Below, piece by piece: positions 19,308 through 29,347 of a stretch of 64,000 nt of DNA. Source of the stretch: an uncultured bacterium (GTDB lineage Bacteria > UBP6 > UBA1177); NCBI GenBank assembly GCA_905235605.1, contig CAJOMF010000014.1, positions 4,662 through 68,661 on the forward strand, given 5' to 3'. The notes under the pieces were generated by a model. The model was not told where the DNA came from and did not search any database. It was given only the letters and a program-made list of their open reading frames with translations. A program made the position numbers and the translations under genes. Every line of letters begins with the position of its first letter. Positions within the stretch are counted from its first letter, which is position 1.

Positions 19308-21875
19308 ATGAAGAAATTTTTGACACTTTTTGCTCTTCTGCTTTTTGTCTGCACACTGTCAGCAGCGCAGAAGAACAGCTTTTCCGCGGCTTCGGTAAAG
19401 AAGACCGGCGGAGTGACTTCTCTGGTTTCAGGGCTTGATATTCCGGTAAAAACGGATACAGATTCTCTGAAAAATTTCATTAAAAATGATTTTTACAAGG
19501 CTTTCAACATCGGTAAAAATGTTGAACCGGAACTTTTCCGCGCAGTAAAAATCGACGGCGCTTCGATTTACAAGTTCGTTCCTTTCTACAAAGGGATCAA
19601 GGTTGACGGCATTTACACCGTTCTCACAGTCAGAGACGGCAAAGTCGACAAAATCAGCAACGGTCTTTCCGACATCGACATTGACATTACGAAGATGATC
19701 CCGGAAAAACAGGCTCTCAAATCGGTCATGAAGGTCAGAAACATTAAAAACATGCCGAAAAACTACACAGCTGAAAAGATAATCACGCGTCATTTCGGCA
19801 AGTTCGTTCCGGCTTACAAAATCAGATTCGCGCCTGCTACGCTTGCAGACAGCCGCTATCACGTTGTCAACGCACTGACAGGCAAAGTCATCAAATCAAG
19901 TCATTCCACCTTTTTTGATGAGCCTACCACTCCGGCAGAACCTACAGAACCGACCGTACCGGTATGGGAATGCAAAGGCGACGAAACCGACACTGCGAAG
20001 ATCTGGAAGTTCAATCCGAACGTCACTCCGGATCTTGAAGAAGTCGAACTGCCGTGGGTCGCTCCGGTAGACGACAGCGAACTCACCCCTGAACTTCTCG
20101 GTTCGCTCATCACCGAAAAAGACGCAAAGGGCATCAGAAAAATCAAAGCGTACAACTGCCCCGATGACGGAACAAAAGTCAAGATCGATCCGGCTTCAAT
20201 GGGATTTGATCTCGGCGGCATGACATTTGATGTCCACGTATGTCATCCTATGCCGCTTGCAAACAAATGTGAGAAAGGCAGTTTCATTTACGACGACTGT
20301 GACAGCGGTCACGAATTTTCGGAAGAGGGGCTCGCTCCCGAAAAAATCGACAGATGCGCAGAAATTTCAATGTATTACCACGCTTCCAAGATTTATGACT
20401 ACATCCGTTCGCTCTATACCGGCATCGATTCCAAAAACGAGTTTTATCTCCAGCACAACGACAAAGACAAACCTCTCAATGTCATCAGCAATTTCGTAAT
20501 GCCTGATATGCAGGATTATCAGGGACTTTTTACCGGAACGAATAAACTTGCCGCTTTTGACAACGCGTTTTTCACCGAAGAACAGCCGATGCTGAACATG
20601 CTGCTCAAAGATTTCGGCGTAAACGGCGACCTTCTTGTTTTCGGACAGGGAACCAAAGCCGATTTCGGATACGACGGCGATGTCGTTTACCACGAATTCG
20701 GTCACGCTACGATCTACACTGCCGGCATCACCGGTCTTGAATACACCGACAAGTACGGTATGACGGTCGAGCCCGGTTCGCTCCACGAAGGTATGGCCGA
20801 CACATTCGCATTCATCATGACCGACAACACCTGTACCGGCGAATACGCTTCTGAAGGTTTTGTAAAGATCAGCCCGCTCTACGAGGCTCAGATGGATACC
20901 GAAGGCGAAGGCGACAACAAGATCTTCTGCATGAGAAGCGCTCTCAACAAGAGAAGAGTTTTTGAAGATTTCGTCGGCGAAGTCCACTGGGACGGTCAGC
21001 CGTTCCTTGCTTCAAACTGGGATATTTACCAGCTTATCAAAGGAAGTGATACCGATACGCAGAAACACCGCGACAATCTTGCAAAACTTTTCCTCAAAAC
21101 GCTCTATTCGATAGGCGATGCAAACGCTTCCTACAAACTTTGGGCAGAAACGCTTATGTCCGAAGTCGAAAAGGACGATAACTTCAAAGGCAAAGCGGCT
21201 GAAATCAGAAAAATCCTTGAAGACAGGAATTTCTTTGAAGAAGTCCGTGCACGCAGCGTAAACGAACTGATCAAAGACACGATGTATATTCCGGCAGGCG
21301 GCAGTAGCTCCGGCGAAGATGATCCTACGGGCGGTCTTATGGGATCAGGCGGCGGAATCGAGATCGAAGAGGGCAGTTCAACGATCCAGGTCGGTCCGGC
21401 TTACATCCAGCTTTACTACGATGTTCCAGCTGACGCAGAAAAAGACGCTCTCAAACTCAGTGCAGAAATCGCTGCCGACAGTTCAAGTTCGATGCTCGGC
21501 GACCTGGGCGGTATGGGCGGAACCCCGACGATCGAAGTTTTCTACAGAAAAGGTGCTCCGATAGAATATGTCGAAGGAGAAACAGCTATGAAAGCTGAAA
21601 AAGACGGAAAAGTTGCGGGAGATTCAAAGAAAGGCTGGATCATTCCTGAAGTCGAAAAAGGTGCAAGATACTATCTCCAGTTCGTAAGCACTACCGCAAG
21701 TTCCGCAACAGTTTCAGCGATCTCGGTCGAATCAGCTGACGCTCCTGCAGATTCCGAAATTTCAGACGAAGATACAGACGCAACTCCTGACGACGAAATG
21801 ACCTACAGCGACGACGATCCACAGGAAGAAAGCGGCAAAAAGAAGAAATCAAGCGGCTGCTCGCTTGTTCTTTAA
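19308..21875 (+). CDS. Secreted zinc metalloprotease (gluzincin, HEFGH…EGMAD; M4/M36-like) with C-terminal acidic extension
   Basis: ATG at 19308 after GGAGG (the ORF track's 19296 is a TTG). Signal peptide. HEFGHA zinc motif with a downstream EGMADTFA glutamate. Propeptide-like N-terminal region. Asp/Glu-rich C-terminus. Confidence 0.6.
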   Translation: MKKFLTLFALLLFVCTLSAAQKNSFSAASVKKTGGVTSLVSGLDIPVKTDTDSLKNFIKNDFYKAFNIGKNVEPELFRAVKIDGASIYKFVPFYKGIKVDGIYTVLTVRDGKVDKISNGLSDIDIDITKMIPEKQALKSVMKVRNIKNMPKNYTAEKIITRHFGKFVPAYKIRFAPATLADSRYHVVNALTGKVIKSSHSTFFDEPTTPAEPTEPTVPVWECKGDETDTAKIWKFNPNVTPDLEEVELPWVAPVDDSELTPELLGSLITEKDAKGIRKIKAYNCPDDGTKVKIDPASMGFDLGGMTFDVHVCHPMPLANKCEKGSFIYDDCDSGHEFSEEGLAPEKIDRCAEISMYYHASKIYDYIRSLYTGIDSKNEFYLQHNDKDKPLNVISNFVMPDMQDYQGLFTGTNKLAAFDNAFFTEEQPMLNMLLKDFGVNGDLLVFGQGTKADFGYDGDVVYHEFGHATIYTAGITGLEYTDKYGMTVEPGSLHEGMADTFAFIMTDNTCTGEYASEGFVKISPLYEAQMDTEGEGDNKIFCMRSALNKRRVFEDFVGEVHWDGQPFLASNWDIYQLIKGSDTDTQKHRDNLAKLFLKTLYSIGDANASYKLWAETLMSEVEKDDNFKGKAAEIRKILEDRNFFEEVRARSVNELIKDTMYIPAGGSSSGEDDPTGGLMGSGGGIEIEEGSSTIQVGPAYIQLYYDVPADAEKDALKLSAEIAADSSSSMLGDLGGMGGTPTIEVFYRKGAPIEYVEGETAMKAEKDGKVAGDSKKGWIIPEVEKGARYYLQFVSTTASSATVSAISVESADAPADSEISDEDTDATPDDEMTYSDDDPQEESGKKKKSSGCSLVL

Positions 21876-21967
21876 TTCCACGCTACTCACATTCACAAGT
21901 TTTTCAGTTTTTAAACACCACACTTAATTTAACCGGCTGAAATCAAAAAGGAATTTCTTAAAAACCC

Positions 21968-21995
21968 TTGACAAATAAAGAGTTTTGAGTATAAT
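21968..21995 (+). promoter_or_regulatory. Sigma70-type promoter TTGACA-N16-TATAAT driving the CarD-like gene
   Basis: Exact TTGACA at 21968-21973 and TATAAT at 21990-21995. About 36 nt upstream of the GGAGG/ATG of the CarD-like gene. Confidence 0.55.
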
Positions 21996-22030
21996 GCCAG
22001 CGTTTTTGTTCTTACTTGTCGGAGGTTTTT

Positions 22031-22549
22031 ATGAATCAGTTCAAACCCGAAGATCTGGCGGTTTATCCTAATTACGGAGTCGGGAAAGTCGTTTCCGTCG
22101 AATCGAGAATGATGGGAAATGCCGAAGTTTTCTGTTATGTCGTGAATATTCTTTCGGACAGTTCGAAAGTCGTTATCGTTCCTGTAGATTCTGCCGAGCA
22201 GATGGGACTCAGGACCTTGATCGGACCTGATGAAGTCCAGAATGTCTACGGTTGTTTCAAATACAAAGATCTCGACCTTCTGAAGATGAACTGGAACCGT
22301 CGTTACAGATCGCTTCAGGAAAAAATGAAAACCGGAAAAGTCACCGATGTTGCAACCGTCATTTCCGATCTGATGTTCCTCAAAAAGAAAAAAGGTTTGA
22401 GTTACGGCGAGGAAAGGCTTTTGAACGATGCGGAAGACATTCTTGCGACAGAACTTTCCATAATCGAAAAACTTCCGAAAGAAGAAATCGTCACAAAAAT
22501 CCACAACAGCTTCAAAAAGGAACCGAAAGAAGCAAAACCTGAATCTTAA
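22031..22549 (+). CDS. carD: CarD/CdnL-family RNA polymerase-binding transcription regulator
   Basis: N-terminal CarD_CdnL_TRCF-like motif (VYPNYGVGKVVSVE…). ATG at 22031 after GGAGG (the track's 22016 is a TTG). Confidence 0.7.
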   Translation: MNQFKPEDLAVYPNYGVGKVVSVESRMMGNAEVFCYVVNILSDSSKVVIVPVDSAEQMGLRTLIGPDEVQNVYGCFKYKDLDLLKMNWNRRYRSLQEKMKTGKVTDVATVISDLMFLKKKKGLSYGEERLLNDAEDILATELSIIEKLPKEEIVTKIHNSFKKEPKEAKPES

Positions 22550-22900
22550 ATGATTTCCGTTCAACCGGACACTCTGGTCACCGGTATCGACAGGTGGCAT
22601 CTCGAAAAACTGCTTGATTTTGATTTTTTCTGGTACGCAGATCCTTTTGAGCACTCAAAATCAAAAGGTTTTATTCTACCGCAGAAAGATTTCTCGATGA
22701 AAATCCCGATGAATCTGGTCGTTGACCTCAGTGAAACAGAAAAAGACACCCTCTTTTCGTTTGATCCTGCAAGCACTGTTTTTTACTCGGAAGAATGGCG
22801 GGGAAACGCTTCGGCTGTCGCCTCTTTTGTGAAAAATATCGTCAATTTTTCGGAAGACAGGGTCGATTTTGTGAAAAAGGATCACAGGATAGTCCGTTAA
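22550..22900 (+). CDS. Hypothetical small protein (possibly co-transcribed with carD)
   Basis: 116-aa ORF starting right after the carD stop. No strong RBS and no recognisable motif. Confidence 0.25.
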   Translation: MISVQPDTLVTGIDRWHLEKLLDFDFFWYADPFEHSKSKGFILPQKDFSMKIPMNLVVDLSETEKDTLFSFDPASTVFYSEEWRGNASAVASFVKNIVNFSEDRVDFVKKDHRIVR

Positions 22901-22921
22901 AAATGTAAAACGATTTTTATC

Positions 22922-25813
22922 CTATTTTACGTTGATGGAAACGACACCTTCCCAGCCGGCTGCGATGTAAACGGTTCCTTCGATGAGCTGCGGCTCTACA
23001 CCGTAATCACGCCAGTAGTCGCTGTAGGAGTAAGCTCTTGCTGAGGAAATGTCGAAATTACCTGATTTTTCCCCGCCGTCGGGAGCGATGTATGTCCAGC
23101 CTTCAGTCGTTGAAAGGATGACTCCGCCTTCATTTACATTCATTACGAAGTTGGCGTTTTCAAACGACTTTTTGTAGATCTCTTTGCCGTCAGATGCCGA
23201 AATGAGGCGGACTTCGGTAACTCCGCTCGATCTGTAAGAGCAGGTGTTCCACTCTTCGCCGGTCAAAGTTTTTACGAAGAAGACTTTGTCGTCTTTAGTG
23301 TAAACACTGTTTGAAACAGATTCGTAGGAATTCTGGTTGTAACCGTAGGAATCGGTCAAAGTCTCTTTTGCGACGACTGTTGCGGATGTTTTGTCCTCGT
23401 TGAGTTTCAAAATATTGATGTCGTAAGTGTTTTCGCTTGACCAGCAGTAGTAGTCACCGTCAGCGCAGTTGTCGTCATAGTTGTAGATCTGCGGCGTTTT
23501 TGTGTAGAGATACTTCGCATTTCCGCTGATTCCTACAAGTTCGCCGGGGATGTTCACCCTTTTGCCCGCTTTAGGATTTTTCGGATCGCCTGCGTCGAAG
23601 GGAAGGGCGTAGCAGAGATACTGGTCACCGTTTTCATCGGCTTTTTTGAGTTTGCAGCCGCTTGACCAGAATGTGCTGCCGACTGCGAAAATGTTCTTTT
23701 CACGGATCAGAGACTCATAGTCAAAATCAAAATCAGTAACTTTTATTCCTTTTTTAGGATCGTTCATGTCGATCAGTCTCATTTTTGCATTGTCTTCGGA
23801 ATGGTCGTCATACCATACTATATCGTAGGCAACAGCGGCAATGACATTGTTTTCCGAAGCGGTCTGGATCCAGGAAAGTTCTTTGTTCTCACCCAAAAAG
23901 AAATCGCCGACTTCTTTGACGGCTTCTCCGTCTTTGAATTGAACGACTTTGATCGCTCCTTCAGTATCGTTTGCTTCGCTATTGATCATTATGCGGTAAA
24001 TATATGCGAAGTTGCTGTTCTTCGTCAGGGTGACATCTGAATATGAATTCTGCGGCAGAGTTTTTGTCGACCAGAGAGTTTCCCCGTTAGTCTTGTCGTA
24101 GATGTTGAAATTGTAGTAACCGTCCAGTCCGCAGAGATACTGTCCGCATCTTGCCGTATTGCTGACGTAGGAGGCAAGGGTGAGTTCAGACAAAACTTTC
24201 GGATTGTCCCTGTCAGTCGCATCTGCAAGAACGACATGGTTTTCACCGATGCTGAAAATGAGATCCTGGATCGCGACACCGCGTCTGACATAGCTGTCGG
24301 AAGCGATATAACCGCGGGCTTTCAGGCCTTTGTCAAGGTCAAAATCGATGAGATAGAGTTTGTAGAGCGGCTCCCAGTAAGTGCCGTAATCAATGATCGG
24401 AAGGAGGATAAGACCGAGGTCGTCGAAGATCTTGAACGCTTTCCAGTCGTAGTTCGCTTCGCTGTAGCTGTATCCCGAACCGATCTCCACTGTGTTGATT
24501 TCTTTGGGATTTTCCGGATCTGCGACATCGTACATGCTGACCTTGGTTTTAGAACCGTCGCGGCCGACTGCAAGGATCGTTGTTCCTCTTACTTCGATGA
24601 AATCAGACCAGCCGGGAACTTCAAGTTCACCCAGCTGTTTGAGGTTCGACGGGTCGGAAATGTCAATGACATGCAGCGGATCCTGCTGGAAATAGGTGAC
24701 GGCATACATTCTGTCGCCTTCGAATTTCGTGCCGTAAAGCTGCTGGTTTGTCATGAATATGAGTTTGTCGAGTTTTTTGACGTTCGCAGGGTCGCTGACG
24801 TCAAAACTTTCGATCATACTGTCGCCGTTGCCCCAGCTTGTCGAGGAGCTTACTGCAAAGAAAGTGTTGCCGACCTCGTGCATTTTCCAGCGGTCGCTCA
24901 TGAAACCGTCAGTCCTGAACTCAGCTTTTTTGACGATTTTGCCATCGGGATCGCTGATATCGAACATCGTTACCGGATAGCCTTTGTCGTAGTCTTCAGT
25001 CCAGTAGTACGTGTCAGCTTCGGCAACGTAAATCGATTTCTGCGAAACGTAGAGCGTGTAGCTGTATCCTTCGACCGAAACTTTGTCGACCATTTTTATG
25101 TTTTTCGGATCTTTGACGTTGACCGACATGATCGATATCTGGTCTGCTCCCGAGTAGCCACCGTCACCGTCGCAGTCATACCAGTAGTATCTGTATTCAG
25201 TCGAAGCAACGTAAATGACGTCTCCGACCTGTCTCGAATCTGTGATCCAGCCTTCGATCTCGAATTCGCCGATAAGCGAAAGGTTTGCGGGATCTTCGGT
25301 GTTTACGACCATGAGTTTGGAATAAGTCTTGTTGGAATAGTAGATCTCGTCGTATTCGTAGCTGGAATTCGTGTAGCTTACGAGGATGTAAGCACGTCCT
25401 TCCTGAAGGTACATCTCGCCGACATATCCCTGGAATCTGAGGTTTCCGAGAATCTTTAGGTGTTCCGGATCTTTAATGTCGACTGCGATGAGTCCTTTGT
25501 ACTGGTTTGCGAGCCAGAGAACATTGCCGTCGAACTTGTAGATATCCGACTCAACTATCTCGCGTTCCGCGTCACCGTTTTCGCTGTCTTCGTTCGGTGC
25601 TGCTTCGGCATCGCCTGCATCGGCATCGACTTCATCCGCATAATCGCCGCCTTTGCCTGAATCACTTTCATAAGAATTTCCGACAGTTACGAATTCTTCC
25701 GTGCCGTCGCCCTCATACTCTGTTCTTCCGCCGTTCTGACTTGAATTGTCGCAAGAAGCGAAAAAACAAATCGACAGAACTAAAACTGCCAACAATTTAA
25801 AAAACTTACTCAT
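22922..25813 (-). CDS. LVIVD-repeat beta-propeller lipoprotein (large secreted)
   Basis: Start MSKFFKLL (ATG at 25813). Lipobox FFASC. Repeated LVIVD-like blades: VDIKDPEHLK, VNTEDPANLS, VNVKDPKNIK, FDISDPDGKI, FDVSDPANVK, IDISDPSNLKQLG. 963 aa. Confidence 0.6.
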   Translation of the reverse strand: MSKFFKLLAVLVLSICFFASCDNSSQNGGRTEYEGDGTEEFVTVGNSYESDSGKGGDYADEVDADAGDAEAAPNEDSENGDAEREIVESDIYKFDGNVLWLANQYKGLIAVDIKDPEHLKILGNLRFQGYVGEMYLQEGRAYILVSYTNSSYEYDEIYYSNKTYSKLMVVNTEDPANLSLIGEFEIEGWITDSRQVGDVIYVASTEYRYYWYDCDGDGGYSGADQISIMSVNVKDPKNIKMVDKVSVEGYSYTLYVSQKSIYVAEADTYYWTEDYDKGYPVTMFDISDPDGKIVKKAEFRTDGFMSDRWKMHEVGNTFFAVSSSTSWGNGDSMIESFDVSDPANVKKLDKLIFMTNQQLYGTKFEGDRMYAVTYFQQDPLHVIDISDPSNLKQLGELEVPGWSDFIEVRGTTILAVGRDGSKTKVSMYDVADPENPKEINTVEIGSGYSYSEANYDWKAFKIFDDLGLILLPIIDYGTYWEPLYKLYLIDFDLDKGLKARGYIASDSYVRRGVAIQDLIFSIGENHVVLADATDRDNPKVLSELTLASYVSNTARCGQYLCGLDGYYNFNIYDKTNGETLWSTKTLPQNSYSDVTLTKNSNFAYIYRIMINSEANDTEGAIKVVQFKDGEAVKEVGDFFLGENKELSWIQTASENNVIAAVAYDIVWYDDHSEDNAKMRLIDMNDPKKGIKVTDFDFDYESLIREKNIFAVGSTFWSSGCKLKKADENGDQYLCYALPFDAGDPKNPKAGKRVNIPGELVGISGNAKYLYTKTPQIYNYDDNCADGDYYCWSSENTYDINILKLNEDKTSATVVAKETLTDSYGYNQNSYESVSNSVYTKDDKVFFVKTLTGEEWNTCSYRSSGVTEVRLISASDGKEIYKKSFENANFVMNVNEGGVILSTTEGWTYIAPDGGEKSGNFDISSARAYSYSDYWRDYGVEPQLIEGTVYIAAGWEGVVSINVK

Positions 25814-25940
25814 CCCGACCTCCGTCAAAAAATACTCAAAAACATTCAATTTTCAGCAAATTGAACAAAAATACAATAGTTTAGTTCCATGTTGTGCCGA
25901 TTTTTCTGATAATTTTTTTAAAAAAAGTGATTTTTTCCGA

Positions 25941-28608
25941 TTATTTCACGTCGATCGTGACAATTCCGCTACCGTTTGTCGGAATATAAACTTTTTCACC
26001 GATGAGCTGTGAAGTGCCTGCAACGTTTGAAGCATCGGTGTCTTTGCTGAAAGTTCCGTTTTTTTCCTTGCCTTCCGGAGTTATGTAAGTCCAGTTTTGA
26101 TCTGTCAGAACCAAAAAACCTCCGTCACGGACATTGTTCCACTGTTTTTCCCCTTCAAAAGTTTTGTCGAAAACTTTTTTTCCTTTGTCCGAGATAACTT
26201 TGATCGAAGAAGGTGTCTCCTTTGTGTAGCGGCACTCTTTGACCGATGTCGAATTTGCATCGGAAACAAAAACCATTCCGCTGTTTTTCGGGTATGAATA
26301 GCCGTGCTTTTTCGTTGTTTTGGAAACACTGTCCTTTTCCGTGTTTTCGTAGGTGTAGTCTTCCACGGTTTCTTTTTTGATGACACATAGTCCTGTTTTT
26401 TCGGCATTGAGTTCGAGAATATATGAATAATGTACCGAATCAGACTTGCCGCGTCCCTGGATCTCAAATGTGTCCGTATGCAGATAGCGTCCGTTGTCAC
26501 TGATTCCGGAGAGCATTCCGGGAATATTTATTTTTTCTCCGGCTTTCGGGTTATTCGGGGCGCTGACATCAACCGGAGAAGCATAGCAGAGAAAAATGTC
26601 CTGATTCAGACTGTAGTCAACGCTCTGCTCTTCGCACCAGCTTACCCAGAATGTGCTGCCGTTTACAAGAATTCTGCTGATCCAGCCGAAATCAAAATGG
26701 TACGGAAGCTGTTTTATTCCGCTTCCCAAGTCATTCATATCGAAAAACGACAGTTGTTTCTCATCCCATGTCGTAACATAGGCGACGATATTGTTTTCAG
26801 AAACCGCCATCTTCTTCATTGTCTTGAACAGATCTTTTGATTTGAAATCGGTCTCTTTAAAAGAGCCGTCTTCTGAAAACTCTATAACCTTTAAAATTTC
26901 GTTGTAAGAGGTCTCCTTGCTGGAACTGTCACCGTAAATATATGCGCGGGAACCGTTTTTTCCAAAACAATTTCGGATATTACTTCAGGTTTGCCGTTTT
27001 TCGTGAAATTCACTGACAAAAGACTGGAACGGCTTATCGCCAAAACAGAATCTTTTAATGCAACTCCTCGTTTTAAGAGGCTTTCATCTTCTACAAAACC
27101 GTGTATTTCAAGTCCTTTTTCAATGTCAAAGCCGATAATGTACAACCTGTAGAAAGATTGCCATAACTCGTTGTATTCAGTAACCGGCACAAAGATAAAA
27201 TCATCTGACACTTGGAATATCGGTCTGGAATCTTCGGTCCAATAATTGATGCGGTTCGAGGCAAAAGTCAGGTATTTTATAGTTTTCACATATTTAGGAT
27301 CGGAAAGATCATACGCGGCAACTTCCCCGATATTGTCTCTCTTTCCCATTGCGATAAGACGGTTTCCCTTGACGGCGACTCCTTTAGACTGATTTGGAAG
27401 AGTTATGTTTTCGCCCAATTCCTTAAAATTTGAAGGATCTGAAATGTCGAAAATCTCAAGCCCGTAGACCTGATTATGAGTATAGAACACGGCATACAGT
27501 CTGTCTCCGTCAAAAATAGTGACATCGAGATCCCTGCCCCAGTCCAGCACAAATTGTGAGAGACTTTTTATATTTGTCGGATCGCTCACGTCGAAACTCT
27601 CAATTATATACATTTCGTCGGTTTCTTCATTCTGATAAGAAGTCACCGCATAAAAAGCATTGTCTTTTTCGTATATTCTCCGCAGGTCGCTTACTATTCC
27701 TTCTGCCTGAATTTCAGCTTTTTTGACTATTTTTCCGTCGCCGCTGCTGATATCCAGTACAGTTATCAGAGAACCTCCGCTTTCTGAAGTTTTATCCCTT
27801 GCGGTTTCAGCTACATATACCGATTTTTCAGAAATATGGACAGCGGGGTACGTGGGTCCTTCAACAAAATATTTGTCAATAATTTTCATAGCTTTAGGAT
27901 CTTTTATGTTTAAGGATACGGTCGTTGCTCCGTTTTTCGAAACTTCATATTCTCCGTTGTCGCATCCGTAACCGATATATGTGGAATCACGCAATGCAAA
28001 GTATAAAATATCGCCTGTGAGTTTTGATGAAACAGCAAGCCATCCTCTGATATTGATTTCACCTGAAACAGAAAGTTTTGAAGGATCGGAAATATCAACA
28101 GCGGTAATTTTTATGAAACCCATGTTGACAATGCCGATATCTCCGGTTTCTCCGTCGCCCTCGCCCGCCGATGTTTGGCTGACAACGAAAGCAGTTCCTT
28201 TATGGATATGCATTTCAATAATATCTTTCCCTTTGATTTTAATGCTTCCCAGCCTCTTCGGTTGTTTGGGATTGCTCACGTCAACGGAAACCAGACCGAG
28301 ATAACGGTTCGCAAGCCAGAGAATATCCCCCTCAAGTTTGTATATGTCGGGAGCATAAGTTTCTTCTTCATTCTTACGGCTGATACTGCGGAAAAGGCAT
28401 CCGCTTCCTCTGCAGCCTGCTTCCTCGTGTTTGGCATAGGTTAGAAATTCTTCCGAACCGTCGGCTTTGCAGTTTACTTTCTCCGGAGTCTGATTTTCCG
28501 GATCGCTATCGGAAATCTCCTGTTTCCCGGACTTTCCTTTGCCTCCGCACGCTGTGAAAATGAAAAGAAAAACTGCAAAAGCTGTGAAAAATCTGATGAA
28601 TTTTTTCA
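25941..28608 (-). pseudogene. Tandem paralog of the LVIVD beta-propeller lipoprotein, split into two ORFs by a 1-nt frameshift
   Basis: ORF 26891-28608 is homologous to the N-terminal two-thirds of the upstream paralog (APDIYKLEGDILWLANRYLGLVSVDVSNPK vs ESDIYKFDGNVLWLANQYKGLIAVDIKDPE). ORF 25941-26819 is homologous to the C-terminal third (both end …V(T/S)I(D/N)VK). Homology switches reading frame at the T6 run 26956-26961. Confidence 0.55.
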
Positions 28609-28757
28609 TGACGACCCCTCTAAAAAACCGAAAGATTTTATACAAAAAAACAAAAATACAATAGTTTAGTTTCACCTTGTGCCGGTTTTTCTGATAATTT
28701 TTTAAAAAAAGTAGTTTTCGCAGATCATACCCTGTTTACCTCGCAGTCTCGGATTCC

Positions 28758-28786
28758 TTGACACAAATTCCGCTAATTTATATAAC
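28758..28786 (+). promoter_or_regulatory. Sigma70-type promoter TTGACA-N17-TATAAC for the DUF1566 gene
   Basis: TTGACA 28758-28763, TATAAC 28781-28786, about 38 nt before GGAGGA/ATG. Confidence 0.45.
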
Positions 28787-28824
28787 GCGGCTGTTTTTGG
28801 TTTAATTAACTTTTGGAGGAAAAA

Positions 28825-29325
28825 ATGAAAAAAACCGCATTACTGCTGCTTGCAGTCGTTTTCAGCTGCTTCTTTGTTTCGGCTGAGACAAAACAACAGC
28901 CCGAACAGGCAAAAACAGCTCCCGCTGCTCCGGCAAAACAACTTCAGTGGGCAAAATATCCTGTGTTTATGGCAACTTGGGAAAAAGCCTACGAATACTG
29001 CGAAAATCTTGAAGAAAACGGATTCAAAGACTGGCGCCTTCCAACCATCGACGAACTCCGCTCGATAGTTAAAAAGTGCCCCGAGACCGCTACCGGCGGA
29101 AAATGCGCGATCAGCGACAAAAACGGCAAACTCAGCCTGAACGACTACGACAAACAGGACTGCCGCGGCTGCCGCAGAGGAGGATTCGACCTTCCCGGAA
29201 ACGGATGGTTCTGGTCTGCTTCACAGGTAACCGGCACTGACCACTTCTGGGTCATCAGCTTCAAAAACACAAGAGTTTCTCACGGCAAAAGAGTCGTTCC
29301 CTACAACGCTTACTGCGTCAGATAA
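28825..29325 (+). CDS. DUF1566 / Fibrobacter succinogenes major paralogous domain (Lcl C-terminal-like) secreted protein
   Basis: Signal peptide. …YEYCENLEENGFKDWRLPTIDELRSIV…WFWSAS…YNAYCVR, the DUF1566/Fib_succ_major signature. ATG 28825 after GGAGGA. Confidence 0.75.
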   Translation: MKKTALLLLAVVFSCFFVSAETKQQPEQAKTAPAAPAKQLQWAKYPVFMATWEKAYEYCENLEENGFKDWRLPTIDELRSIVKKCPETATGGKCAISDKNGKLSLNDYDKQDCRGCRRGGFDLPGNGWFWSASQVTGTDHFWVISFKNTRVSHGKRVVPYNAYCVR

Positions 29326-29347
29326 AATTTTGAAAATTTAAAAAATC

